Source: a virus | Strand: one strand, 5' to 3' | Virus record (IMG/VR): IMGVR_UViG_3300017917_001839 | Location: 1 to 64,000 of that record | Length of the DNA stretch: 64,000 nt | Part shown: positions 46,437 to 56,787 of the stretch, one piece after another | Position numbering within the stretch: the stretch's first letter is position 1 | Layout of the letters: every line of letters begins with the position of its first letter | The notes under the pieces: generated by a model | Database searches by the model: none | Told to the model about the DNA's origin: nothing | Seen by the model: the letters and a program-made list of their open reading frames with translations, nothing else | Position numbers and translations under genes: made by a program

Positions 46437-47659
46437 AGATTGGCCAACTCCGGAAATACACTTGCAAAGTCTTCACTGCGCAATTGATCAAACTCTGTGT
46501 TAAAACGTTTAAACTCATCAAACAAGTGTGTATGATCATCATCTAAGAACTTGATAGCACTCTTATAACCTTCTGTAGCGCGACCAATATGATCCTGCGG
46601 TTCTAGCCAACGTAGATGCTTTTCCCACTTATACTTAATTTGTTCTTTAAAGTCCTGTGGCAGGATGCTCATGCGGAAACGTGGATTGTTTAACAGTACG
46701 TTTACATACCAGTCGCCGGCACGTATATAACCTTTTTCTACCCAGCTGCGATGGAAGTCCGGCAAGTGCCACGCATTATATGCACTAACAGTAGAACTAA
46801 CATAGAAATCAATCTCCGGTGCGCGGCTGCGCAATTCTTTGATATTAGCTACTACATCGTTCCAGTCTGTGCCTTTACGCTGATATTCACCACGTGCGCC
46901 TTCTGCGTCTAGGCTAGCACCTACACTGATATGCTTAAAGTTTTTCCATAAATCAATTACACTGTGTTGCTTGTAGCGTAATTTAGTGAAATTAGTATTG
47001 TAGAATATACGAATATCTGTTTTACCCAACTCCACGAGACGATTCATGATGTGCCAATGTTCGTCCATGATAATAGGTTCGCCGCCTGCCCAGTATATCT
47101 GTTCAATGTGCGGCAGCATAGTTTCAAATTCTTCCATAAAGCCCGCAACGTCTTTACGAATTTGGATTACACTCTCTGTAGGTGTTTGGTTAAAGCTACT
47201 CTTTACAGCGTCATGGAACCAGTTACTGCTTAGTTCGGGACCACAGTAACGGCAGCGTAGGTTACATACGTTACTAAAGCGGAAGTCTAAGTATACAATG
47301 TGCAGATCATCTAAGCTACCATCAGGGTTAGTTTTTGCAACCTTATCCCAATGTGGCTCTAGCCAGTCTCTGTTACTGCGAACACGTAAGCTGTCGTGGC
47401 CGTACTTTTCTTTTTCATAACAGCGAACACATTCTTTGCAGTGTTTGCCTTCCAACATGTTAAGACGAACTTTACGCATAGCAGGACTATTCCATACTTC
47501 GCGTAAGCTGTTTTCACGCAAGTCGCCTATGTTGGTTTCCCATGGACTGTCACAGCACAGCATGGTTTTGCCATTGGGCCAAGGGTGCATGTGAATCCAA
47601 GGAAGGATACACATGGTCTTGCTGTCTTTGTGGTCTTCAAAATTCATGCTGTATCCCAT
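46433..47659 (-). CDS. N-terminal twitch/SPASM radical SAM protein (3 of 9)
   Basis: CILPW.H..CC..CVRC; CNLRCRYC; GGEP. Confidence 0.9.
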   Translation of the reverse strand: MGYSMNFEDHKDSKTMCILPWIHMHPWPNGKTMLCCDSPWETNIGDLRENSLREVWNSPAMRKVRLNMLEGKHCKECVRCYEKEKYGHDSLRVRSNRDWLEPHWDKVAKTNPDGSLDDLHIVYLDFRFSNVCNLRCRYCGPELSSNWFHDAVKSSFNQTPTESVIQIRKDVAGFMEEFETMLPHIEQIYWAGGEPIIMDEHWHIMNRLVELGKTDIRIFYNTNFTKLRYKQHSVIDLWKNFKHISVGASLDAEGARGEYQRKGTDWNDVVANIKELRSRAPEIDFYVSSTVSAYNAWHLPDFHRSWVEKGYIRAGDWYVNVLLNNPRFRMSILPQDFKEQIKYKWEKHLRWLEPQDHIGRATEGYKSAIKFLDDDHTHLFDEFKRFNTEFDQLRSEDFASVFPELANL

Positions 47660-48881
47660 GCTTGTTTAACAGCTCTACTAATTCTGGAAATACCGTTCTC
47701 CAGCCCATAGCAGGCAAATGCTGGCGCTGTTTATCTAATTGATCGTTATAGCGGCAAAACTGTGCCCACTTAGCTGGATCCCAGTCACTGTTATCATACA
47801 TGCTGATCACTGTACTAATGTGCTGACTGTTACCGTGTTTGCCGGCTCTATATCGGTTTAATATTTCCTGTCGCACTGGTGGAGGTAGCACACTGGGACT
47901 TAAGAAGTCTGGGTCATAAACAAAGTTCATGTCCACAGGTACTGGTGCCCAGTCTAGGAATTCATCTAAATAAGCAAAATTAAATGCACTAACAGTCTGT
48001 GTAATACGTACAGTTAGATCAGTTTGCATTAGTGCATTTAGATTGGTCTTAACGTCAGCCCAATAAGTAGGATAACGTATATAGTGATTGCGTAGACTTA
48101 GATCGTCGATGCTGGGGCATACGCGAGTTTCTTTAAATTCGCTCCACAGCGGAATAGCCTGCTCGGGTAAGTTGGTCATATTAATATTATACCATAACAC
48201 AATGTTCTTGCTACGACCGCTTTCTACTAGTTTGCGTAGGTACTTCCAGTGTGCTTTGATCAGCGTAGGTTCGCCACCGTTAATATATAACACTTCCATA
48301 TTGGGCGCACAGTTATACAAGTCCTCGTAGAAACTTTCATCCTCGGGCCACTGGAAGTCATGCTTGTGATCTAGCCAACTGTATCCATCGTTAACAAACT
48401 CTAGCGTTTCCACCAATTCTTTATAGTCGCGGCGCCATTGGCTACTACTTGCAGGATTGCAAGTACGACACCGTACATTGCAAACATTACCAAGCCGAAG
48501 CTCAACAAAGCGCAAATCAAGAGGAATCCCCCCGTTAGCGTCAGTACTGCTCCTAGCCCAAGAAAGGCCTCTGTGAGGGTATTGTTCGATCTCGTGTAAA
48601 CGTTTGCTGCGTAATCCTTTATCTTCTTCATCATAACACCTCATACATGCTGCGGGTTTCTCTCCGTCTAGCATTTGTTGTCTAATTTCTTTAAAATAAT
48701 CACTGTTCATATGAGTGTTGATGTTGTGATCATTTAGGTTAAAAAACTCGTCGCGATCCGTGCCATAGTTTCTGGCACGATTCTTTCCTGCTGTGTGATC
48801 GCTGATACAGCAAGGTGTGACACCACCGTGAGGGTGTGTGCCTAAGTGTATCCACGGTAAAGGGCAATAGGTTTTACTCAT
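47637..48881 (-). CDS. N-terminal twitch/SPASM radical SAM protein (4 of 9)
   Basis: CPLPW.H..CC..CMRC; CNVRCRTC; GGEP. Confidence 0.9.
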   Translation of the reverse strand: MSKTYCPLPWIHLGTHPHGGVTPCCISDHTAGKNRARNYGTDRDEFFNLNDHNINTHMNSDYFKEIRQQMLDGEKPAACMRCYDEEDKGLRSKRLHEIEQYPHRGLSWARSSTDANGGIPLDLRFVELRLGNVCNVRCRTCNPASSSQWRRDYKELVETLEFVNDGYSWLDHKHDFQWPEDESFYEDLYNCAPNMEVLYINGGEPTLIKAHWKYLRKLVESGRSKNIVLWYNINMTNLPEQAIPLWSEFKETRVCPSIDDLSLRNHYIRYPTYWADVKTNLNALMQTDLTVRITQTVSAFNFAYLDEFLDWAPVPVDMNFVYDPDFLSPSVLPPPVRQEILNRYRAGKHGNSQHISTVISMYDNSDWDPAKWAQFCRYNDQLDKQRQHLPAMGWRTVFPELVELLNKHGIQHEF

Positions 48882-50206
48882 ATTACTTTCCCTGGTTCTA
48901 GTGCGCCATAGCGCGGATTTAATTTAGCAATATTATGCTCATGTGGATAGTTCATTTTTTTGTTCTTTAGTAATATTGTATATAATTCAGGAAAACATTC
49001 ACGGAAGTTTTCTTTTCTATAAACGTCTCCGGCAATCACTTGTTCAACAAACATGCGCCAACGTACAGCAATTTCGCTTTCTACAGTGTCTGTGGGCAGG
49101 TCGCCGTAGGGCTTAACTGTTTCTTTGCGCGGTGTTAACACAAACTTTACAATACCATCTATGTCACGCTGTATATATTCGTGTGCATAGGTAGCTTCTA
49201 CCAGTGGCTTAACAATATCCGGCTTGCACTCTTCTGGAAATACGTTAGGGTTATACCAGCTGGGATAGAAAGCTGTGTTATGGAATATTCTAAATTCGGG
49301 CCAACGCTCTGCAAATATTTGATGAAACTCTGCTAGGTACATTACATTAAGTGCTGTTACTGTACAAGTAATACCCACGTGCGCTTTCTTATTAACATGC
49401 AATTCATGATAATAATCTAAATTATCACGCACTTCATTCCAGTCTGCACCGTGACGTAGATACTCAAAACGCTTCTTTACTGCGCTGTCTATGCTTACAT
49501 TAAAGCCCACACTGGCAAAGTTCTTTAACATTTTATTCATAAATGTTTTATTCAGTGTAGTGCCGTTGGTGCTGAAGTTTATGTGTACGTTCTCGCTGAT
49601 GCCATCTGCTACTAGTTTATCCACAAATTCACGAAACTCTTTCATGTACAGTGGCTCACCACCCATTACTTCAAGGTAACGTATGTGTGGCAACCAGTCG
49701 TTGATCTCGGTCCAGAAGCGACTGTTTTGCATGTCGTCTAGACTTATATTAACACTTTCTTTAACATAGGGCAAGCCTCTTTCTTCAGCTTCTTTTACCC
49801 ACTTACTGCTATATCCAGGATTGCAACTGCGGCACTTTAGGTTACAGGTAGTGCTGAGAATTAATTGGAAATCCTCTGGCATGTCTGGTTCTTTATCCCA
49901 ATCTATAGGACCATAGCGCCATTCTGCATACTCGTTATATATTTCACGTTTGCTCTTTTTACCGTTGCGCTCGTCTTGCCAGCAAGGTTCACAGTTAGCT
50001 GGTAGTTCGCCCAACCTAATAGCGTTGCGAATATTCTTATAATAGTTGCTGTGAAATATATCACGTACACTGGTCTCACCTAGTGTATAAGGCTTACCAT
50101 TTTCGTCATGTACCCGCTCACGTGCGATGCAACAGGTGCGCACATGCCCCAACGGCTCGTTGCTGATATGCTTCCATAATAGACTGCAATACTTAGGTGC
50201 TGACAT
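48878..50206 (-). CDS. N-terminal twitch/SPASM radical SAM protein (5 of 9)
   Basis: CSLLW.H..CC..CEPC; CNLKCRSC; GGEP; STNG. Confidence 0.9.
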   Translation of the reverse strand: MSAPKYCSLLWKHISNEPLGHVRTCCIARERVHDENGKPYTLGETSVRDIFHSNYYKNIRNAIRLGELPANCEPCWQDERNGKKSKREIYNEYAEWRYGPIDWDKEPDMPEDFQLILSTTCNLKCRSCNPGYSSKWVKEAEERGLPYVKESVNISLDDMQNSRFWTEINDWLPHIRYLEVMGGEPLYMKEFREFVDKLVADGISENVHINFSTNGTTLNKTFMNKMLKNFASVGFNVSIDSAVKKRFEYLRHGADWNEVRDNLDYYHELHVNKKAHVGITCTVTALNVMYLAEFHQIFAERWPEFRIFHNTAFYPSWYNPNVFPEECKPDIVKPLVEATYAHEYIQRDIDGIVKFVLTPRKETVKPYGDLPTDTVESEIAVRWRMFVEQVIAGDVYRKENFRECFPELYTILLKNKKMNYPHEHNIAKLNPRYGALEPGKVI

Positions 50207-51320
50207 TGGTTTTGCCTTTGTTATATATTGTATATGCTAATGCGTAATTGTGTTCTAGCACTTCTTGCACTTCGGGGCTGTTGACTTTTTCACTTAATTC
50301 GCTGTAGGGTAAATCTAAATAATATTCAATTTGTTTTAAAATATGATCGCATCTATCATAAAAGTTTTCAATGCTGTCATAGCTTTCATCAAATAATATT
50401 CCATCAAATGTACGGAATCCGCATTCTTTTAAACGCTGTAAACTATGTGGCATACCTAATCTAATAAATGGACGCTTTAATAAAATACATTTAAATAGCT
50501 TTTCTGATAGCACATCTTCTTGCCACCAACTTTGTTCTGATTTAAATTCTAAATACTGCTGGTAATCAATGTTTTCATGTTCTACGTAATCAACTGTAAA
50601 ATCAAATAGCCCACGCAATAGATTCTTATTAAATAATTCCGGGTCACCATTTAACCATGCATTACTGTGATCCTGTGTAGCTGATTCCAGCTTTCCAGGT
50701 AATTCTTTAACTCTGTGCTTGTTATCCCGGAACCATGGATCTGCATCACTTACATTAGCATATAAGAATGTACCCAGTACATTGCTTTGTCTGCTGGTTC
50801 CGTGAACATTATCCAGATACCACTTGACCACATGATTCTTTTGAAACCTAGGACGACCAATAAACAGAGTCATATGCTTGTCGGGATGCACATCAAATAT
50901 TTTACTGTATCCGCTGTCAATGGATCGCGATGCCCAATAGCAAGTGTCATGACTGATCTTCATACGCTTGGATACATTGTTTAGGCTGCACCAAGCATTG
51001 TATGATTTCTTAGCATAGATATTGCCTGATAAAAATTCAATGTTCTCTACTGGATAATCAAATTTATCACACACAGCATGTATTAAACTGAACCAATTGT
51101 TATCCGGATCAGCAAATGTTTGATCTAAGAATAACATTGGTTCAGTAATATAGCTCACTGTGATATGTTTGTTGCTGGCTTTTTTAGAGCTTAGAACTAT
51201 GCGTTCTAAAACTTTTTTAATGCCAACAGGACGTCCACCTGTAACTTTAATATAATAAGAAGCTAGAGCTAAATCCCTAACTTCTATTTTTGGTTTTACA
51301 AGTGTCTCCGTTGCAAACAT
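50193..51320 (-). CDS. hypothetical protein, possibly glycosyltransferase-like
   Basis: 'SEKLFK.....RPFI..G....L..LK..GFRTF....DESYD' motif resembles GT10-like C-termini. Confidence 0.45.
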   Translation of the reverse strand: MFATETLVKPKIEVRDLALASYYIKVTGGRPVGIKKVLERIVLSSKKASNKHITVSYITEPMLFLDQTFADPDNNWFSLIHAVCDKFDYPVENIEFLSGNIYAKKSYNAWCSLNNVSKRMKISHDTCYWASRSIDSGYSKIFDVHPDKHMTLFIGRPRFQKNHVVKWYLDNVHGTSRQSNVLGTFLYANVSDADPWFRDNKHRVKELPGKLESATQDHSNAWLNGDPELFNKNLLRGLFDFTVDYVEHENIDYQQYLEFKSEQSWWQEDVLSEKLFKCILLKRPFIRLGMPHSLQRLKECGFRTFDGILFDESYDSIENFYDRCDHILKQIEYYLDLPYSELSEKVNSPEVQEVLEHNYALAYTIYNKGKTNVST

Positions 51321-52604
51321 TTATCTAGTATTACCATAGTGTACTACACGCACACCTTCTAGATTAGGTGTCTTACGCCACGGGTCAACAACTACACTGC
51401 CCTGTGCAAATGACAATGCTGTACCATTTGCTGTGGCCACTGTTAGTGCTTCGTCAGCACCTGTAACACGATGGTCTTTGTACCAACCTGCAACAAAGTC
51501 TAACTGTTCACCGTAAGTGATTTGTGGGTTGTGTGCTAATAGATATACTGCTGGCTTAGACATCACATCAGCTGGCGGCATTTCGCCAATTACTTCATCT
51601 AAGTAATATAGTTGTGCGCCCATTTCAGCTACGTAGTGTCCTACCAGCATGCTGCTTGAACCTGCTTCATAAGGTACCAGTGGCTTGTAGGCTTTACCCA
51701 CAATAATCACGGGCTTGCCCTCAGACAGATCAACCAGCTTACGAGCCATGTTCTTTGCTTGTACTTCTCGCGAGTACATTACAGCATCAAACAAGTCATA
51801 GCCCAAGTCTAGTCGCTCAGCTAGGTAACGTAGTGCAATGTTATCGCGTGGATGACATGCACCGCCATCGCCCATACCAGGCTTCATATAACCAGGACCC
51901 ATAATGCGTCTGTCGCTGGCTGCTAGTGCATCGCAAACTACTTCAGCATTAACATGACCTAGCTTTTCAGCTACGTCCTGAATCATGTTTACTAGACTTA
52001 CTTTAGCACTGATGAATGTATTGTAGAATACTTTGATACACTCAGTTTCTTCCCAAGTACCAACAATGTAACGTGGGCTGTTCTGCATAATGGTCTTGTA
52101 GAAGTCTACAAGTTCTTTTGCATCACCAGTTTCGCTGCCATCTTCTGTACCAATCATAACCATTTCTGGGTTAACCATGTCCCACTTTACAGTACCCATC
52201 GCAATCAAGTATGGATTGTAAATGAAACGTGCATTAGTTATTAATGGTTGTAATTGGCTACGCACTGTGCCAGGTAGCACAGTTGAGATTAGAACAATTA
52301 ACTGAGATGGTGTTGCAACCGCATTTACTTCACGCAGAACATTCTTAACCACAGTGTAGTCGAAGTCCTTGTTGGGTAAATGGCTGGTTGGCGCCTTGCC
52401 ATCATATTGTGGATCATGTGGTGTTTCTACTGCGATAAACACAATATCTCTACCACGTACTGCTTCTGCGAGTGTGGGAACCATTTTAAAGTTCTCAGGC
52501 TCACGTGGAGCAATGTCGTATCCAACAACATCATGGACCTCAGCTACCATCTCGGCGCAGGCTTGTCCTAGCTTGCCCACTCCGATAAATCCGATCGAGG
52601 CCAT
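51321..52604 (-). CDS. ugd: UDP-glucose/GDP-mannose dehydrogenase family protein
   Basis: GVGKLG, AVETP, STVLPGT, K..YNTF, GDGGACHPRD, GKAYKP. Confidence 0.9.
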   Translation of the reverse strand: MASIGFIGVGKLGQACAEMVAEVHDVVGYDIAPREPENFKMVPTLAEAVRGRDIVFIAVETPHDPQYDGKAPTSHLPNKDFDYTVVKNVLREVNAVATPSQLIVLISTVLPGTVRSQLQPLITNARFIYNPYLIAMGTVKWDMVNPEMVMIGTEDGSETGDAKELVDFYKTIMQNSPRYIVGTWEETECIKVFYNTFISAKVSLVNMIQDVAEKLGHVNAEVVCDALAASDRRIMGPGYMKPGMGDGGACHPRDNIALRYLAERLDLGYDLFDAVMYSREVQAKNMARKLVDLSEGKPVIIVGKAYKPLVPYEAGSSSMLVGHYVAEMGAQLYYLDEVIGEMPPADVMSKPAVYLLAHNPQITYGEQLDFVAGWYKDHRVTGADEALTVATANGTALSFAQGSVVVDPWRKTPNLEGVRVVHYGNTR

Positions 52605-52672
52605 TTGTTTCTCCTAATTTTTTAAGTACAGTTTTAACTGTACGCAATATTTATCAGGGGATTTTACAGTAC

Positions 52673-53407
52673 TTAGAGTTTTTTGACGCCGTGGTCTGGA
52701 AACAATCTATTGAATATATCAATATCCTGGTTAACATAATCTATGATGTTTAGCCTGTTAGCATATGTTTCACTGTTAACTAATGCTGTTTTGATTAATT
52801 CTATTTCAGCTGGGTTTGACACATTTTGTCTAGAGCCCGGTGTTAGTCCTAGTTGTGTAATTAAAGTATCCAAGTTGTTGGATAGTATTGGTGTTGCACC
52901 GTAATTTTCAACTAAATGTTCTACTTCGTGTAACCAGTTTCTTGTGTGATAATTATAGTGTATTGCGTAACTACTGGGCAAATTCTTATCTGTTTTATAT
53001 TCGCTGAGATAGAATATTCTATTAATATGCTGTTGCAGGTGATCTGGATTAGTCATTAAATGCTGCCATACACCGCGGAAATATTCTGTGTCGCCTAAGG
53101 CACTTATTGAATCTTGTAATATTTCTTTAATGCCGCTTACATAACGTTCCCACGGATCGCGTACAATACAGTAAAATTCGTCAGCTATACCTGCAACGTA
53201 TTGAGCTGCGCTATACTGATCAACAAAGCGGCTGATTCGATTTTTGTATAAATTGTCATAATAGTCGGCAGCTAGTTCAAACATAAAGTCTGCACTGTAT
53301 TCTCCCACGCCCCGCCATGCGGGTGTTATAGTATTGAGCAAACTGGTGCTGCCAGTTTTACCCACACTATATACTGCACACTTAAGATCGTCTTTGACGA
53401 CTAGCAT
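52673..53407 (-). CDS. sulfotransferase-like protein
   Basis: KTGSTSL (5'-PSB-like) and RDPWERYVSG (3'-PB-like). Confidence 0.6.
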   Translation of the reverse strand: MLVVKDDLKCAVYSVGKTGSTSLLNTITPAWRGVGEYSADFMFELAADYYDNLYKNRISRFVDQYSAAQYVAGIADEFYCIVRDPWERYVSGIKEILQDSISALGDTEYFRGVWQHLMTNPDHLQQHINRIFYLSEYKTDKNLPSSYAIHYNYHTRNWLHEVEHLVENYGATPILSNNLDTLITQLGLTPGSRQNVSNPAEIELIKTALVNSETYANRLNIIDYVNQDIDIFNRLFPDHGVKKL

Positions 53408-54074
53408 ACTTTAACCTATTGTAAATTACGTATTCGGGTTTTAGGTGATCTACAATTTCATTGTAGCACAGTAGGCTGGGCAATACTTCTTTGGCAAAGC
53501 GGCGATTTAAGTTACTCACTGATATGCCCAATCGAACTACGTAGTCCATGTCGGATGTTTTGTTATATGTTGTTACATTCTCATATCCGGCGCTGGCTAA
53601 GAAGTTATTTAAATCTTCCATCAACACATATTGAACTTTGGTATCGCCTAGGCGATCAAATACTGACAACCAATTACCGCAGTGTGCAGTATAGCCCATG
53701 GTAGCATGCCCCCAGTTTGGATTAGATCCGCCCTGTGTTTCAAAGTATATCTCTGTGGCACGTTTCCAGAAATCATTGCTTTGCGCAAGACTTTCCAGTT
53801 TAGTATTATTAATAAGAAAGAAGTCTGTATACAATTTTAGTGTGCGCTTGATTTCTTCTAATAACCCACTAGCATATCTATCCATGGGATCGCGTAAAAT
53901 ACCTACTACAGTTTTATCGCTGTGCTGTGCAATTAGTTTGGGTAACTCTTTATCTGTAGCAAATAATTCATTGCCTACACCAGCTAATTCAATCAGCGTG
54001 GATGACGCATTTTTATTAACTGTAATTATTAGATATTTACCCAAAGGTATACAAATTACTCTGATATCATCCAT
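53382..54074 (-). CDS. sulfotransferase-like protein
   Basis: KNASSTL and RDPMDRYASG. Confidence 0.6.
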   Translation of the reverse strand: MDDIRVICIPLGKYLIITVNKNASSTLIELAGVGNELFATDKELPKLIAQHSDKTVVGILRDPMDRYASGLLEEIKRTLKLYTDFFLINNTKLESLAQSNDFWKRATEIYFETQGGSNPNWGHATMGYTAHCGNWLSVFDRLGDTKVQYVLMEDLNNFLASAGYENVTTYNKTSDMDYVVRLGISVSNLNRRFAKEVLPSLLCYNEIVDHLKPEYVIYNRLKYASRQRRS

Positions 54075-55164
54075 TGTATAACTCCGGAAATATTTGTTTG
54101 CTGTTCATGTTATATTTTTGATCCATGATAGATAGAAATTGTTCTAGTGTTTGATTACTGTTATGCGGTGTATTTAATACACCCTTTATAGTACTATATA
54201 CCTGATCACTGAATATACCATTGGTATAATAATGCTCAATGTTTTGCTGTACTTCATCGAGTATGTGCGGTACATTTCTAATATCTAGTGCATGGTGCGC
54301 TACTGGATCTATTAGTATATTGTCAACATTTAAATCTTTTAATGCATTATAAGAACGATCAAAGTCTTTGTAACTCAGAGAAAAGTAAACCATGTGTGCA
54401 TGCACGGTATGCCCTGGAAGTGATCTTACTACAGATAAATTATTAACAAAGTTGTCCCACGTATTGCCATGTCTTATATAAGCAAACTTATCTGGATTTG
54501 TAGTATCAACACTAACCACCCATGTAACATTTTCTAGTTGCTTTAGTAATGCAAACACCGGTGTGTTAATTACACTTAAACCTGTGTTTACAGTAATTGC
54601 ACACTTAGGATTTTCCAATAATACGTTACTGAGCAGTGTAATATATTCTTTCATTAGCATTGGTTCACCGCCAGCTAAAAACAACCTACGAATATTAGAT
54701 AAATCAATATTATCAATATACTGTTGATACTGTCTTTGGTTTTCTGCTGTAGGAATTAATCTATAATGATTATCTCTTTTAGCAATAGTAGAACTCCATA
54801 TAGGACCGCAGTACACACAATCTAATGTGCATAAGTTGCTGGATCTTATATCAGCAGCATGCAATGTAATGTGATCTAACTCTTGTTTAACAAAGATGTC
54901 TAAGCGTTCCGATTTAGTTAAATCGTTGATGATGTCGCCAGTCCTAAAACCGCAAGCAGATTTACAGCGTAAGGGTATAACACCATCTAAGAAGCCCTGT
55001 CGTACTTCACGTGCGGCTTCACTGTTTAATATATCTGTTAAAGATCGTTCTCGCAGATTACCCAGTGTGTTTTCAGGGTTGGCCATTAAACAGCAAAAGA
55101 ATACATCTAATTGCTGATTAATGTGTACGCCTGACCAAGGTAAGCTGCAAAAAGGTTTAGCCAT
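54067..55164 (-). CDS. N-terminal twitch/SPASM radical SAM protein (6 of 9)
   Basis: CSLPW..CC..GNL..CKSAC; CTLDCVYC; GGEP. Confidence 0.88.
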   Translation of the reverse strand: MAKPFCSLPWSGVHINQQLDVFFCCLMANPENTLGNLRERSLTDILNSEAAREVRQGFLDGVIPLRCKSACGFRTGDIINDLTKSERLDIFVKQELDHITLHAADIRSSNLCTLDCVYCGPIWSSTIAKRDNHYRLIPTAENQRQYQQYIDNIDLSNIRRLFLAGGEPMLMKEYITLLSNVLLENPKCAITVNTGLSVINTPVFALLKQLENVTWVVSVDTTNPDKFAYIRHGNTWDNFVNNLSVVRSLPGHTVHAHMVYFSLSYKDFDRSYNALKDLNVDNILIDPVAHHALDIRNVPHILDEVQQNIEHYYTNGIFSDQVYSTIKGVLNTPHNSNQTLEQFLSIMDQKYNMNSKQIFPELYNG

Positions 55165-56569
55165 GTTGATTGTGCTTGGGATCTAGTCTCATCCACCATT
55201 CGTGTAATTCTGGGTCTGCACTATAGATATGTTCAATACGTGTGCTGCCTTCTCCACTGCGAATATCAGCAATCTTATCCTGCCAGTTGCGACCTTTGAA
55301 GAAGCTGGCTTCAGCTACATCTGGCCACTGTTCTTGGAACGTGGGTGTTACTAGCATATTCTCTAATTCACGAATTAATGTTTGTTGTTTGTGTGTGGCA
55401 CGTGGGCGAATATATTCTAAATTATCGTTGATAATTCTATTTAAAATATGACGTGGCCAAGCCATAGGACTAAACACAATGTCTGGATGGAATGCAAACA
55501 TACGCTTGGTTTCAATCTTAACATCTAACTCTAGTGCATAGTCAAAGAAGTTCTTAAGGTCAAACATGCCCGGGCCTGTTAGCGTTAAGTCCATTAGCAT
55601 ACGATCCTTGCCGCCGGGTAATGCTACACCTTCACGGAAGTTGCGATCCCACTGATCCCATTTAAGACCTGTGCGAATAAACTCTCCAATTTTACCTGTG
55701 CCATCAATACTAGCGCACATAGTCCAGTCTTTGGCTTGTGGTAGCCAATCGTATAAGTAATGTTCGCCAAAACGCACACGACTTAGGTTACTGTTATAAC
55801 GTAGGTGTACTTTGCGTAAATTGTTATCCTGTGCTAATCTATCCATAGCACGCCAGTGGATATCATACATCAGTGGCTCACCGCCTACCCAATATATTTC
55901 CTCTACTACACCGCTACAGATAGCAGCCCAGAACTCTTCTTCTACAACTTCTTTTTGGAATCGCTCAATGATAGCCTTATTCTCCGGGACCATAAAGGGT
56001 TGGTTTTCTGGGCTCCAGAGTCCGTGCTTGCGCTTTTCGCTTTCCCAGCTTGAGCTGAGTGGTTCTCCGCACATTCTACATTTAAAGTTGCATAGATTAC
56101 TGACCCTATAGTCAAAGCTAATAGGAGGCATAGCAGTATAACCATCATCATCGGTCTCCTCAAAGGCTTGTTCAATTTTATCTTTAAACAAGAACCCTGT
56201 AAACCACTGGCGGTATGTACTTTGACTTAAAATACTGTCATTGCATACTGCACACTGTGGAATAGTTTCTCCAGCCATCAGCTTCTTGCGAATGTCCTTC
56301 ATATAAGGACTGTTCCAATGTTCTGCTAGGCTAACTGGCTTATAGTCATCAATGGTGCCTACTTCTTTGTACTTGCCTGTGCTTTTATCGTTGCTGGCAT
56401 CAATATACTGACGCTGCATCATATGTTCTTCGCGGCTAGCACAACACATTCTGCGTTCGCTTTGTGGACTAATATAGGTGTGCGTCCAGGGTGCCATGCA
56501 GAATGTTTTGTTAGGCGATTCCGGGCTCATTTGTCCGTGTTCCCAAATTGGTTTAATTCTCTGTGTCAT
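55157..56569 (-). CDS. N-terminal twitch/SPASM radical SAM protein (7 of 9)
   Basis: CMAPW.H..CC..CAVC; CNFKCRMC; GGEP. Confidence 0.9.
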   Translation of the reverse strand: MTQRIKPIWEHGQMSPESPNKTFCMAPWTHTYISPQSERRMCCASREEHMMQRQYIDASNDKSTGKYKEVGTIDDYKPVSLAEHWNSPYMKDIRKKLMAGETIPQCAVCNDSILSQSTYRQWFTGFLFKDKIEQAFEETDDDGYTAMPPISFDYRVSNLCNFKCRMCGEPLSSSWESEKRKHGLWSPENQPFMVPENKAIIERFQKEVVEEEFWAAICSGVVEEIYWVGGEPLMYDIHWRAMDRLAQDNNLRKVHLRYNSNLSRVRFGEHYLYDWLPQAKDWTMCASIDGTGKIGEFIRTGLKWDQWDRNFREGVALPGGKDRMLMDLTLTGPGMFDLKNFFDYALELDVKIETKRMFAFHPDIVFSPMAWPRHILNRIINDNLEYIRPRATHKQQTLIRELENMLVTPTFQEQWPDVAEASFFKGRNWQDKIADIRSGEGSTRIEHIYSADPELHEWWMRLDPKHNQHG

Positions 56570-56787
56570 AATTTGTATATATCTATTACACCATAGTGGT
56601 CCATCATTGCCACTGTTATTTTATGTCGTTTAATTACTGCAAATACCAAATCAATCATTACGTGGCTATTACCGCAGATAATCTTTAATGGTAGCAGGTC
56701 TTGATTCATAAAGATAAAGTTTTCTACTAAACGATCTACTTCATGATGTCTTACACCGTGTAGGTCCAGCGTTGTGTTTTTACCCAT
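56566..56787 (-). CDS. Smr-domain-like small protein
   Basis: LDLHG...IICGNS. Confidence 0.65.
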   Translation of the reverse strand: MGKNTTLDLHGVRHHEVDRLVENFIFMNQDLLPLKIICGNSHVMIDLVFAVIKRHKITVAMMDHYGVIDIYKL

